64,000 bases of DNA from contig OZ244070.1 of NCBI GenBank assembly GCA_965215605.1, positions 3,072,001-3,136,000 of the forward strand, given 5' to 3'. A program made the translations under genes and the position numbers. The DNA comes from an uncultured Candidatus Binatia bacterium (GTDB lineage Bacteria > Desulfobacterota > Binatia > UBA9968 > JAJDTQ01). Positions within the stretch are counted from its first letter, which is position 1. Every line of letters begins with the position of its first letter. Shown one piece after another: positions 9,881 to 19,745 of this stretch. Under the pieces are notes generated by a model that worked only from the letters and a program-made list of their open reading frames with translations, was not told where the DNA came from and searched no databases.

Positions 9881-10054
9881 CTACAGGGAAGGAGCATCGA
9901 AAGTTGCTGCGTTTCGGAGGACCTGCTAGACAGAGGCGCGCCTGGACGCGCACAAACTGTAATGAATCCGCTTACAGTATGCTTACGTCGAGGATTGTGC
10001 CCTTGGGCGATCCGCAGGTCAGATTCCTAAAAAATAACTATATATCAATTAGTT

Positions 10055-12172
10055 ATGAGTGATACCCAGGGTCGATACATGGTCGGTGTGGATATCGGCG
10101 GCACCTTTACCGACTGTGTCGCCATGGACGCCCGCGGCACGGTGACCGTGGGCAAGTCCCTTTCCACGCCAGACGACTACTCCATCGGCGCCCTGAACGC
10201 GGTGCGGAACGCCGCCGAGAGTCTGGGGCTGGCGGACGAGGCCGAGCTTCTCGGCTCCACCCGGCTGTTCTTCCACGCCTGCACCATCGGCGACAACGCC
10301 CTCATCACGGGGTCCGGGGCGGTGACCGGACTGATCACCACCAAGGGCTTCGCCGACACCCTTCGCATCATGCGCGGGCGGTTCACCGACGGCGTCCCGG
10401 AGTCGGAGATCTTCCATCTCGCCACCCTTGACAAGCCTGCGCCCATGGTGCCGCGAGCGCTCATCAAGGAGGTGGACGAGCGGGTGGACTATAAAGGCTC
10501 GGTCCTCGTCCGGCTCGATCCGGCGCAGGTGGGGAAGGCCGTGGCCGAGCTGGAATCGAGCGGCGTGGAAGCCATCGCCGTGAGCCTCATCTGGTCCGTG
10601 GCCGACGACCGGCACGAACGGGCCATCGCCGGGATGGTCGCGGAAAGGTACCCCGGGATATTCCTCAGCCTGTCCAGCGAAGTGGCGCCCTACCTGGGCG
10701 AGTACGAGCGCACCGCCACCACCGTGTTCAACGCCTCCATCGGGCCGAGGATCTCCACCTACGTCAAGCGCCTGGGAGGCCGGCTGCGGGAGACGGGCCT
10801 CGATGGCGAGCCGCTCATCATGCAGTCCTACGGCGGCGTCCTGGGGGTGGAGGCCACCGCCCGCAACGCCATCGGCACCATCGAGTCGGGACCTGCCGCC
10901 GGGGTCTCCGGCAGCGCCTGGCTCGGCCGCCTCATGGACTTGCCCGACATTCTGGCCACGGACATGGGCGGCACCACCTTCAAGGTCAGCGTGATCCGGG
11001 ACGGTGCCATCGAGATGGACTACAAGCCGGTGCTGCTGCGCCATCAGATCTACGCCACCAAGATCTGGGTGGAGTCCATCGGCGCCGGGGGCGGCAGCAT
11101 CGCCTGGACCGATCCCAAGACAGGGCTGCTCAAGGTGGGGCCGGAGGGGGCGGGGGCGCAGCCCGGACCCGCCTGCTACGGTCTGGGGGGCGCCGAGCCC
11201 ACGGTGTCCGACGCGGACCTTGTGCTGGGCTACCTCAATCCGGATTACTTCCTGGGCGGGCGCATGTCGCTGGATGCGGAACAGGCGCGCCGCGCCGTCG
11301 AGCAGAGGGTCGCCGTGCCCCTGGGCCTGTCCGTGGAAGCGGCGGCCGCCGGCATCTTCCGCATCATCAATGCGCACATGAGCGACCTCATCCGGCGCGC
11401 CACGGTGGAGCGCGGCTACGATCCCCGGGACTTCACCCTGTTCGCGTTCGGCGGCGCCGGGCCGGTGCACGCGGCCCGCTACGCGGCGGAGCTGGGCATC
11501 AAGCAGGTGGTGGTGCCGCTCACGGCGTCGGTGCACAGCGCCACTGGTCTGGTCAGCTCGGACATCGTCTACCAGTACGGCAAGTCGGACCGGTTGCTGG
11601 TGCCGGCGGACCGCGAGCGCGTCAACCGGAACTTCGACGAGCTGGCGCGGCGCGCCCGCGCGGACCTGGCGGCGGCCGGCTTCGAGGGCGACGGCGTCCG
11701 GGTCGAGCGAAGCCTCGACATGCGGTATCGGTACCAAGTGCACGAGTTGAACGTGGGCATGCCCGAAGGCGCGGAGCCGCTATCGGAGCAGGAGCTGGAG
11801 GGCGTGTACGAACGTTTCGACGGCCTGTACGAACGGACCTACGGCCCCGGCTCCGGCTACCGCGAGGCCGGCAAGGAGATCATGAACTTCCGGCTCACCG
11901 CCACCGGCATGCTCGACAAGCCCCGGCTGCAACGGTATCCGTTGTCGTCGGGCCACCCGGACGGCGCCGTCACGGGACGCCGGAAGGTCCACTTCGAAGA
12001 GTTCGCGGAGGCGCGCGAGACCCCGGTGTACGGCTTCGAATCCTTGCAACCCGGGAACGAGATCGCAGGTCCGGCCGTTATCGAGACGCCGGTGACCACC
12101 ATCCTGGTCAACCCCGGCGACCGGGCGGTCATGGACGAGTATCGGAATATCCGGCTGCTCATCGGGAGCTGA
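10055..12172 (+). CDS. Hydantoinase/oxoprolinase A subunit (ATP-binding)
   Basis: GVDIGGTFTD, ESGPAAG, DMGGTT, IGAGGGS, GPACYG.GG and FGGAGP motifs. Confidence 0.93.
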   Translation: MSDTQGRYMVGVDIGGTFTDCVAMDARGTVTVGKSLSTPDDYSIGALNAVRNAAESLGLADEAELLGSTRLFFHACTIGDNALITGSGAVTGLITTKGFADTLRIMRGRFTDGVPESEIFHLATLDKPAPMVPRALIKEVDERVDYKGSVLVRLDPAQVGKAVAELESSGVEAIAVSLIWSVADDRHERAIAGMVAERYPGIFLSLSSEVAPYLGEYERTATTVFNASIGPRISTYVKRLGGRLRETGLDGEPLIMQSYGGVLGVEATARNAIGTIESGPAAGVSGSAWLGRLMDLPDILATDMGGTTFKVSVIRDGAIEMDYKPVLLRHQIYATKIWVESIGAGGGSIAWTDPKTGLLKVGPEGAGAQPGPACYGLGGAEPTVSDADLVLGYLNPDYFLGGRMSLDAEQARRAVEQRVAVPLGLSVEAAAAGIFRIINAHMSDLIRRATVERGYDPRDFTLFAFGGAGPVHAARYAAELGIKQVVVPLTASVHSATGLVSSDIVYQYGKSDRLLVPADRERVNRNFDELARRARADLAAAGFEGDGVRVERSLDMRYRYQVHELNVGMPEGAEPLSEQELEGVYERFDGLYERTYGPGSGYREAGKEIMNFRLTATGMLDKPRLQRYPLSSGHPDGAVTGRRKVHFEEFAEARETPVYGFESLQPGNEIAGPAVIETPVTTILVNPGDRAVMDEYRNIRLLIGS

Positions 12173-12183
12173 GAAAGGGCGCC

Positions 12184-14232
12184 ATGGACACCCGAATCCG
12201 CGGCATCGATCCGGTGACCTTCGAGATCCTGTCGCACCGGCTGCACCAGGTGACCCGTGAGATGGGAATCACCCTGGAGCGCACCGGCGGCACCGTCAAC
12301 ACCACGCAGCAGCGGGACTACATGGCGTCTCTATACCGCCCGGACGGGGAGATCCTTTCCGCCGGCGCGACCCTCGGCCAGCACGTGGTCTGCGCCAGCT
12401 ACGCGGTGAAGCGGATCATCGAGCGTTTTCCGCCGGAGGATGTCTTCGAGGACGACGTCTTCCTCTTGAACGATCCCTACCTGGCCGCCATCCACCAGTC
12501 CGACGTCTACGTCATCGCGCCGGTCCACGACCGGGGGCGGCTGGTGGCATGGAGCGCGACCTTCGTCCACGTAAACGACGTCGGTGCCATGTCGCCGGGG
12601 GGAGACTCGCCGGACGCCACCGAGATCTTTCACGAGGGGTTGCGGGTCCCCGGCATCAAGCTGGTGGAGCGGGGCAGGCTGCGCCAGGACGTGTTCGACA
12701 CCCTGACCAACATGACCCGCCAGCCGGGCATGGTGGGCCTGGATTTCAAGTGTGAGATCGCCGCCAACAACGTGGCCAAGGCGCGGCTCGGCGAGATGTA
12801 TGACCACTACGGGCCGGAGCTTCTGGAATCGGTGGGCAACGAGATGGTCCGCTACACCGAGGCCATCCTCCGGGAACGGATCGCGTCGTTCGAGGACGGC
12901 GAGTGGACCGAAGAGCTCGCGCTGGAGGCCCAGGACACCTGGCGCATGAAGGTGACGTTGCGCAAGCGCGGCGACCGGCTCGTCTTCGACTTCACCGGCA
13001 CCGACCCCCAGGCATTGACCGGCGTCAACCTGCCGTTCCACGGCACCGCCGGCTTCTGCTTTGCCGCGGTGCTGACCACCCTCGTGTACGATCTCCCCAA
13101 GAACCACGGCGTGCTGCGGCCGCTGGAGGTCATCGCCCCCGAGGGGACGCTGGTGAACGTCAGGTACCCCGGTCCGGTGTCCATGAACACCACGTCCTGC
13201 GGCTTCGGCGTCGGCTTCCTGGCCAGCTCGGTGCTGATGCAGATGCTCGGCACCCACGAGAGCTGGAAGGACGAAATCGTCACCCCCAACGCCAGCCACC
13301 GGAACGGCAAGCACTCCGGGGTGAACCAGTACGGGCGCTACTGCGTGTTCAACCTCGCCCACGGCGCCATGGACGGCAACGGCGCCCGCGCCCACGCCGA
13401 CGGCATCGACTCCGGCGGCAACTACATGAACTGTCCCAACGCGGAATGGTTCGAGCTCAATTTCCCGGTGCTCTACCTGTTCCGCCGCCACGCGACGGAC
13501 TCCGCGGGTCCCGGGAAGTATCGCGGCGGGTTGGCGGTGGAGACCGCCCACACGCCCCACGACGTGCCCGAGGGAAGGTTGGGCGGCGTCGCCTACGGCG
13601 TGGCCGGGCTCCGCAACTCCGGCCACGGCATGTACGGCGGCTATCCCGGGGCTCCCAGCGTCATCGTGCTCAGGGAGGGCACCCGCGTCCGCGAGGTGAT
13701 GGCTCGGGACCGCAATGCGGTGGACCTCGACGAGGTGGGCGGGCGGGAGCGGGTGCTCCCGTATTGCAACTTCGGGTTCAACGAAGGGGACGTCCTCTAC
13801 ATGCGGGTGGCCAGCGGCGGCGGCTACGGAGATCCGTTGACCCGGGAGCCCGGCCGGGTGCGGGCGGACGTGGTGGACGGCGTGGTCTCCGCGGGTGCGG
13901 CAGGGGACCTCTACGGTGTGACGTTCAAGCCCGGGACCCGGGAGGTGGATCCCGATGCTACCGACGCGTTGCGTCGGCGCCTCGGAGGCGGAAAGGCCGA
14001 GTTTCGCGATACGCCGGACGAGGCGAATGGCGACCACGGGGCGTCCTGCCCCCGGTGTTCGTCCATGCCCGCGAACACGGAAGCAAAGGGCGCGGCCGAA
14101 GCGCGGGTCTTTCCGCCTACGGAAGCCGGGCCGCTCATGGTGGACCTGGAAGGGCGTTACCTGTTCGAGAAGGTCTACTGCGGCTCGTGCAACGCTCTGA
14201 TCAGGGCCCATATGGTGCCGGAAGAACGCTGA
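12184..14232 (+). CDS. Hydantoinase B/oxoprolinase subunit with C-terminal Zn-ribbon extension
   Basis: NDPY...HQSD, HVNDVG, EGLRVP, DSAGPGKYRGG and GGGYGDP; tail carries CPRC and YCGSC. Confidence 0.92.
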   Translation: MDTRIRGIDPVTFEILSHRLHQVTREMGITLERTGGTVNTTQQRDYMASLYRPDGEILSAGATLGQHVVCASYAVKRIIERFPPEDVFEDDVFLLNDPYLAAIHQSDVYVIAPVHDRGRLVAWSATFVHVNDVGAMSPGGDSPDATEIFHEGLRVPGIKLVERGRLRQDVFDTLTNMTRQPGMVGLDFKCEIAANNVAKARLGEMYDHYGPELLESVGNEMVRYTEAILRERIASFEDGEWTEELALEAQDTWRMKVTLRKRGDRLVFDFTGTDPQALTGVNLPFHGTAGFCFAAVLTTLVYDLPKNHGVLRPLEVIAPEGTLVNVRYPGPVSMNTTSCGFGVGFLASSVLMQMLGTHESWKDEIVTPNASHRNGKHSGVNQYGRYCVFNLAHGAMDGNGARAHADGIDSGGNYMNCPNAEWFELNFPVLYLFRRHATDSAGPGKYRGGLAVETAHTPHDVPEGRLGGVAYGVAGLRNSGHGMYGGYPGAPSVIVLREGTRVREVMARDRNAVDLDEVGGRERVLPYCNFGFNEGDVLYMRVASGGGYGDPLTREPGRVRADVVDGVVSAGAAGDLYGVTFKPGTREVDPDATDALRRRLGGGKAEFRDTPDEANGDHGASCPRCSSMPANTEAKGAAEARVFPPTEAGPLMVDLEGRYLFEKVYCGSCNALIRAHMVPEER

Positions 14233-14284
14233 CCTGTCCGACACCCGTCCCCGCCCCTGGACCCCGGGGCGGGGCGGGAGCGCC

Positions 14285-15400
14285 TCAGAACCCGAACTGC
14301 GCCATGTCGACTTCGGCGCCGCTCTTGCGGCACTCGTCCTCGAACACCCGATGGATCTCGGGGTCCTGGTCCTGGTACTCGATCTGCGCGCCGCCCTTCT
14401 TGACGTCCTCGCCGGTGTCTTTGAGCTCTTCCACCTTGTACTTGAAGCCCCAGGGCTTGAGCGCCAGGTAGCGGGCCGGCTCGGCGCCGTTGTTGAAGTG
14501 CTGGTGCCACCACTGGATGGGCGGCACGAACATGCTCATGCGCCCCCAGTCCACCCGTTTTCTTTGGGCGCCTTCCTCCCACAGGAAGGAATAGCCGGAC
14601 CCGGTCAGCATGATGATGTGGGCGCCCGCGCCGTGGCGGTGGGCCTTCTTGTACTTGCCCACCGGGAACTCCGAGAGGTGCGCGCTCATGGTGTTGTCCA
14701 CGAACTCGAACAGGGTGGTACGGTTGCCGCCGCCGCGCTCCTTGTAGTCCTTGGGCGAGAACTGCCACAGGTCGGCGATGAAATTGGACTCCCACACCCG
14801 GCCCTTCTTCACCCCCTCCAGGTAGCGGCCGGGCTGGCCCCAGTGGTTGGCGTCGCCCTGGTAGCGGTCGCCGAAGGTGAAGGGGTTGTTGAAGATGTAG
14901 TCCAGGTTCCGGTAGCGGTTGATGATGACGTTGGCGTCGGTCAGCGAGATCATCCGCACCGGCTCACGTCCCTGGGCATTGAAGTGTTGAAACCAGGTGT
15001 TGAGCGGGACCGAGAAAAGGCTGCCCTTCTGCCATTCCAGCGTGTGCTTTCGGCCGCCCTCGTTCCACAGGGTGGTGGCGCCCTGGCCGGACAGGATGAA
15101 CACCGCTTCCTCGAACAGGTGGCGCTGCGGCCGGAGCTCCCCTCCCGGCGCGATCTCCTGGATCACCGTGTCGCAGGTGCCGCCGGCGCCGTCGAGGTTG
15201 ACGAACGCCCCCTTGCCGCCGGTGCGCGTCCAGTCGCCGAGCTCCAGCTCCAGCAGGTCGTCGACGATGAATCCCTTGTACACGGGAATTCCTTCCCACT
15301 GCTGGTAGATCTCGTAGGGGCTGATGGGGGCGAAGGCCGAGGCTTCGTTGAGGTTCTGTTCCGATCCGTTGGCGGTGTTGGCAGTGGCTGGTTTGCTCAT
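14285..15400 (-). CDS. Bicupin protein (putative dioxygenase-like)
   Basis: RHLFEE/WFQHFN and KAHRHG/WWHQHFN cupin motifs. Confidence 0.85.
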   Translation of the reverse strand: MSKPATANTANGSEQNLNEASAFAPISPYEIYQQWEGIPVYKGFIVDDLLELELGDWTRTGGKGAFVNLDGAGGTCDTVIQEIAPGGELRPQRHLFEEAVFILSGQGATTLWNEGGRKHTLEWQKGSLFSVPLNTWFQHFNAQGREPVRMISLTDANVIINRYRNLDYIFNNPFTFGDRYQGDANHWGQPGRYLEGVKKGRVWESNFIADLWQFSPKDYKERGGGNRTTLFEFVDNTMSAHLSEFPVGKYKKAHRHGAGAHIIMLTGSGYSFLWEEGAQRKRVDWGRMSMFVPPIQWWHQHFNNGAEPARYLALKPWGFKYKVEELKDTGEDVKKGGAQIEYQDQDPEIHRVFEDECRKSGAEVDMAQFGF

Positions 15401-15431
15401 TTCAATTCCTTCCTGCGGGTCAAGGGCCTGG

Positions 15432-16463
15432 TCAGACAGGCTCCTGGCGCCGCTCCTCCCGGTAAAGCCCGAAGGCCTCCTTCACCGGGCGGTCGTTGAC
15501 CGAGAACAGGACGGCTTCGTCCTTGCGGCCGTTCTCGTGCTGGTGCCACGACCACAGCGGCACGGTGAAAAAGTCGCCCTGGCTCCATTCGATGCGCTGG
15601 TCGTCGACGATGGTGGCGCCGCTGCCGCGGAACACGTGATAGATGGTGGTGCTGGTGTGGCGGTGCGAGCGCGTCTTCTCGTCGGGCCGGATCATCTGGA
15701 TCTCGCAGCCGATGGTCCGCAGCGTGAACCCGCCGTTCCGCGGGTTGACGTAGCGCAGCAGCACCCCGTCGCACTCGTCGCCCGGTGTCGAGGCCAAGGC
15801 CTTCAGGGATTCGTAGGTGGTCTCCCACGGATAGCGGAAGGGCGGGTCCGGGAACTCCGAGAGCTGCTCCGGCGGCCGCGCCCAGCCAAACTGGTGCAGG
15901 CTGAAGTCGGGCACGGCTTCCACCGGCTGTTGCTTCTGGCTGAAGGGCTCCACCGCCATGACCTCCAGGGCCTTGAGCAGGGGGCCGTCGTGGCCGTCCA
16001 GCCAGACGATGTTCTCGCCGGTGCCGTTGTAATGGTCGTGCCACGTCCACTGGGGAGTCAGGATCAGGTCGCCGGGATTCATGGTGAAGCGTTCGCCCTC
16101 CACGGTGGTGAAGGCGCCGCCGCCCCTGAGGACGAAGCGCAGCGCGGTCAGGGTATGGCGGTGCGCCTTGGCGATCTCTCCGGGTTTGACCAGTTGGACG
16201 GAGGTGTGCACCGTGTTGGTGGCGCCGGTGACGCCCGGCACGCCGGGATTGAGGAGGCGGATGGTCCGCCGCTCGGACTGCTCCAGGCTGACCAGCTCGC
16301 CGGCTTCCAGCAACCCGTTGTAGATGTCGGTCCACTTCCACAGGTAGGGAACCACCGTGGTCCTGGGCTCGAGGACCTCCCCTTCGTTGCCGGTGATGTT
16401 GGAAGCCCAGAAACCCGCCAACTGCTTGGCAGCCAGATCCTTGTCGAGGTCTTCGAGGCTCAT
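15432..16463 (-). CDS. Gentisate 1,2-dioxygenase-like cupin
   Basis: ERRTIRLLNPG, AHRHT, GDLILTP.WTWHDH, WLDG.D.P, HRHT and W.WHQH; start ATG 16463. Confidence 0.88.
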   Translation of the reverse strand: MSLEDLDKDLAAKQLAGFWASNITGNEGEVLEPRTTVVPYLWKWTDIYNGLLEAGELVSLEQSERRTIRLLNPGVPGVTGATNTVHTSVQLVKPGEIAKAHRHTLTALRFVLRGGGAFTTVEGERFTMNPGDLILTPQWTWHDHYNGTGENIVWLDGHDGPLLKALEVMAVEPFSQKQQPVEAVPDFSLHQFGWARPPEQLSEFPDPPFRYPWETTYESLKALASTPGDECDGVLLRYVNPRNGGFTLRTIGCEIQMIRPDEKTRSHRHTSTTIYHVFRGSGATIVDDQRIEWSQGDFFTVPLWSWHQHENGRKDEAVLFSVNDRPVKEAFGLYREERRQEPV

Positions 16464-16516
16464 GGTCGTCTCCCTGCCGCTGCTTGAATGCGGGTGCTGC
16501 TCTGTTTTCCCGGATC

Positions 16517-17224
16517 TCAGCCCTCGATGCGCCGCATGGCGTAGGCCATCCCGCCGCGGTAGGCCCGGTCGATGGCCATGCACTGTCCGGCGGCGCGCAG
16601 CACCGTGTCATAGTCCTCTTGTGTGAGCACGTGCTTGTCGTAAACGCCGTCCATCATGTCCGAATGCTCGGTGTCCGCGGTGGCATGCACGTTCAGCGAT
16701 ATCATCCGCTTCAGGTTGATGCCCAACTCGTTCTCGAACTTCTTGCCGATGCGGTAGGACATTCCTCCGTCCGTGACGATGTCCGGGTTGTTGCGGCGCT
16801 CCAGCATCTGGGAGGAAGTGAACGCGGCCAGCCACGGGCCCTTCATGGCGATGTGGTGCCACGCCAGGAAGGCCGCCTGCGTGATGGGCGGCAGTTCCGC
16901 CTTCTCGAAGTCTTCCGGCTCCAGGCCGATGACCTCGCCCTGTTTGACCGTGAGGGTATAGTGATCCATGTCGCAGCGCGGGTCGTTGATCAGCTCGTCG
17001 CTTTCGTGCTGCCACACCAGCGCCTTGACGTCCAGCGGCGCCCCGCCTTGCACGTAGCCCCAGCAGTCCCGGCGGTTCTTGGTGTAGAGCGCGTTCTGCA
17101 CCACGTAGTAGCGTCCCCGCTCCAGGGTCCAGGGCAGCGACAGCAGATCCTGGAACTCGTCCGTCTCGAACTGGCGTCTGCACATCTCGTTCAGGGTGCT
17201 TTTGAGCTTCGCGATATCCGGCAT
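16517..17224 (-). CDS. Heme-oxygenase-like diiron enzyme (CADD/PqqC/TenA fold), paralog 1
   Basis: DE..DH..LE..HATADTEH ligand pattern (E,H,E,H,D,H). Confidence 0.75.
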   Translation of the reverse strand: MPDIAKLKSTLNEMCRRQFETDEFQDLLSLPWTLERGRYYVVQNALYTKNRRDCWGYVQGGAPLDVKALVWQHESDELINDPRCDMDHYTLTVKQGEVIGLEPEDFEKAELPPITQAAFLAWHHIAMKGPWLAAFTSSQMLERRNNPDIVTDGGMSYRIGKKFENELGINLKRMISLNVHATADTEHSDMMDGVYDKHVLTQEDYDTVLRAAGQCMAIDRAYRGGMAYAMRRIEG

Positions 17225-17270
17225 GGTCTCGGACTCCTGTCGGGCGTGTCCGCCGCGGGTGGTCCCCGCT

Positions 17271-17999
17271 TCAGTCGAGCGCCTCCATCATGTTGACAAG
17301 CTGCTCCCGGTAGGCGCGGTCGATCATGAGGCTTTCCCGGGCGCCCCGAAGCAGCGCCTGCTGCTGGTCGTCTGTTTGGCAATGTTCCCGCGCCACCTCC
17401 AGCAGGAGCTGGCCGTGCTCCACGTCGGCGGTGACGTGCTCGGCGTTGTTGATCTGCCGTTTCAACGGGATCCCCAGGTCGCGTTCCAGGTTCTTGCCCA
17501 CGCGGTACGATAGCGACCCGCCGTGCACCAGGTCGTCGGAGTTGCGCATCTCCAGCACCGCCGACGCCGCGATGGCCTCCCGCCACGGGCGGTCCTTGGC
17601 CAGGTGGACCCAGGCGTAGAAGCATGCCACCGCGCTGTCCAGCGGGCGCACGCGCTCGTAGTCCTCGGGAGACAGGCCGAAGACCCTGCCTTCCTGGACG
17701 GCCAGGGTGATGTGGTCGACCTTGCCCGCGGCCCTGTCGCCCATGAGCTCCTCGCCCTCGTGCTCCCAGACGAGCCGCTTGACGCTCAACGGCGCCGCGC
17801 CGGCCACAAACCCCCAGCAGTCCCGCCGGTTGGCGACGTAGTGCTTCATCTGGATGGAGAGGGCCTGGGCGCGCTCCTGGGAGAACCGGAGCTCCAGCAG
17901 CCGGCGGAAGGGCGGGGTCTCGAACTGCCGGTTCACCAGCTCTACGAGCTCCTGCCAGACGCTCTCCACGCCGTTCCGTTCCGCGGTGTGCGTTTCCAT
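17271..17999 (-). CDS. Heme-oxygenase-like diiron enzyme (CADD/PqqC/TenA fold), paralog 2
   Basis: EE..DH..LE..HVTADVEH; shares NRRDCWG, APL.VK.LVW.HE and IDRAYR with its neighbour; start ATG 17999. Confidence 0.75.
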   Translation of the reverse strand: METHTAERNGVESVWQELVELVNRQFETPPFRRLLELRFSQERAQALSIQMKHYVANRRDCWGFVAGAAPLSVKRLVWEHEGEELMGDRAAGKVDHITLAVQEGRVFGLSPEDYERVRPLDSAVACFYAWVHLAKDRPWREAIAASAVLEMRNSDDLVHGGSLSYRVGKNLERDLGIPLKRQINNAEHVTADVEHGQLLLEVAREHCQTDDQQQALLRGARESLMIDRAYREQLVNMMEALD

Positions 18000-18079
18000 G
18001 CTCTTTTCCCGGGAAGCGCTACTTTGCCCCGACCAACTGCTCCCCCCGGCGTTGGTCCACGCAATCCCCGTCGCCCGTG

Positions 18080-19528
18080 TTACAACCGGTCCGCCCATTT
18101 CGCCCGGACCTGGGCCTTGTATTCGGCGCTGACGCCGGAAATCGCCGGAAACGCGTCCTTCCAGCTATAGGGCCGGCAGGCGTCCACCACCATGCAGGAG
18201 GTGGTCAACTCCCGGCGTTGCTTGTCCTCGGGGGAAAGCCGCGGGTTGAGGATGCTGGCGGCCACGTCGAGGATCTCGGAGTCGGTCTTGGGGTCCCAGC
18301 GGGTGGACATGGCCCAGAGCACCTCGCCCATGTTGGTGATGTCCACATCCTCGTCCACCACGATGACCATGCGTACGTCCCGGCCGCCGTCGCGGGTGGC
18401 GAGGACGCCGTATCCCGCCTGCTTGGCGTGGCCCGAGTAACGCTGCCTGACCGCCACGGTCACCACGAAGCGTCCCTGTTTCGGGAACCACACGCCCTGC
18501 ACCTCCGGGATGCCGGCGCGCTCCATGGCCGACCAGATGTTGGCGGAGCGGATGTACTTGTGGGTCTCGCTGTTGAGGAAGGTCCTGAGCGGCGGATCGC
18601 CGGTGATGATGGGGTCGTCGCGGTGATAGACCGCCTCCACCTTCACCACCGGCGCCTGCCGCGACCCGGACGCGTAGTACCCGGGCCACTCGCCGAACGG
18701 CCCCTCCTCGTGGGTCTCCTGCTCGGGCGGTGGTATGCGACCCTCCAGGACGATGTCCGCGAAGGCGGGCACGGGCAGCCCGGTCTTCTGTCCCTTGATG
18801 ACCGGGACCGGGGTTTCCAGGAGTCCGCCCAGGAAGTCGTACTCGCTCATGTTCCAGGGGATCCCCACGGCGCTCGCGGTCATCATGCCCGGAGGGAGGC
18901 CGCAGATGACGGCCACCGGACAGCTCTCGCCCCGGGCCCAGTACTTCCGGGTGATGAGGTCGCCGTGCTTCCCCGGGATCATCCACACGCCCACGGTGTT
19001 CTCGTCGTGGACCTGGACGCGGTAGGTGCCGACGTTGACGTAGCCCGTATCGGGATCGCGGCACACCGTTGCGGTGAACGTGCCGATGTAGCGGCCGCCG
19101 TCGTCCGCGTGCCACTTGGGAGTGGGGAACTTGAGCAGGTTGACGTCGCCGTCGAAGGCGACATTCTCCAAAAGCGGCGATTCGCCGATCTCGGTCGGGG
19201 GAATGGGCTTCAGATCCTGGAGCCGCCTCTTGACGGCCTGGACCACTTCCAGGCCCCGGACGTCCGGCGGCATGCCCAAGGCCAGGGCGTCGGACTCGGG
19301 CGACCGGAGAACGTTGCTGAGAACGCGGTAGCCTTCCGGGTGATCCGGTACGGCGTCGAAGAGCAGCGCGGAGCCCTCGCCGGATTCGGCCGCGATCTCG
19401 GTGAGCGCCCCGATTTCCAGGTCCCAATGGGCGTCGCGGATCTCCTTGAGCTTTCCCGCCCGCCTGAGCCGGTCGATGAAAGTCCGCAGGTTCAGGGCCG
19501 CTTCAACGTCCCGTGGCTCGCTCGTCAT
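18080..19528 (-). CDS. UbiD-family prFMN-dependent (de)carboxylase
   Basis: DGGRYIGT, NVGTYR, EEGPFGEWPGYY, VIVVDEDVD and WAMSTR.DP motifs. Confidence 0.93.
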   Translation of the reverse strand: MTSEPRDVEAALNLRTFIDRLRRAGKLKEIRDAHWDLEIGALTEIAAESGEGSALLFDAVPDHPEGYRVLSNVLRSPESDALALGMPPDVRGLEVVQAVKRRLQDLKPIPPTEIGESPLLENVAFDGDVNLLKFPTPKWHADDGGRYIGTFTATVCRDPDTGYVNVGTYRVQVHDENTVGVWMIPGKHGDLITRKYWARGESCPVAVICGLPPGMMTASAVGIPWNMSEYDFLGGLLETPVPVIKGQKTGLPVPAFADIVLEGRIPPPEQETHEEGPFGEWPGYYASGSRQAPVVKVEAVYHRDDPIITGDPPLRTFLNSETHKYIRSANIWSAMERAGIPEVQGVWFPKQGRFVVTVAVRQRYSGHAKQAGYGVLATRDGGRDVRMVIVVDEDVDITNMGEVLWAMSTRWDPKTDSEILDVAASILNPRLSPEDKQRRELTTSCMVVDACRPYSWKDAFPAISGVSAEYKAQVRAKWADRL

Positions 19529-19645
19529 GCATCCATCTCCATGTGGCGGCGGACCCGAGGGTCGATCCGTGACTATCCATAGGCCCTATAGGCCCAGCGC
19601 CGGCGGCTGTCAACCTGGACATCCGCGCCCATTTTGTCTAAGCGT

Positions 19646-19670
19646 GTAGGGGCCGGTTTCAAAACCGCCC
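19646..19670. repeat. GTAG-type REP-like palindrome
   Basis: GTAGGGGCCGGTTTCAAAACCGCCC; related hairpins at 35265-35287 and 62925-62945. Confidence 0.5.
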
Positions 19671-19745
19671 GCGCCCGGTCACGACCGAAACCGCCGCCGG
19701 ACAGGGCTCAGACACAGCCACTCCAGAGGAGGTCACCAGGCAGTC

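Noticed and set aside
16517-17999. PQQ biosynthesis (pqqC) or RiPP cluster
   Set aside because: No pqqA/B/D/E or precursor peptide nearby; ligands fit a diiron HO-like enzyme
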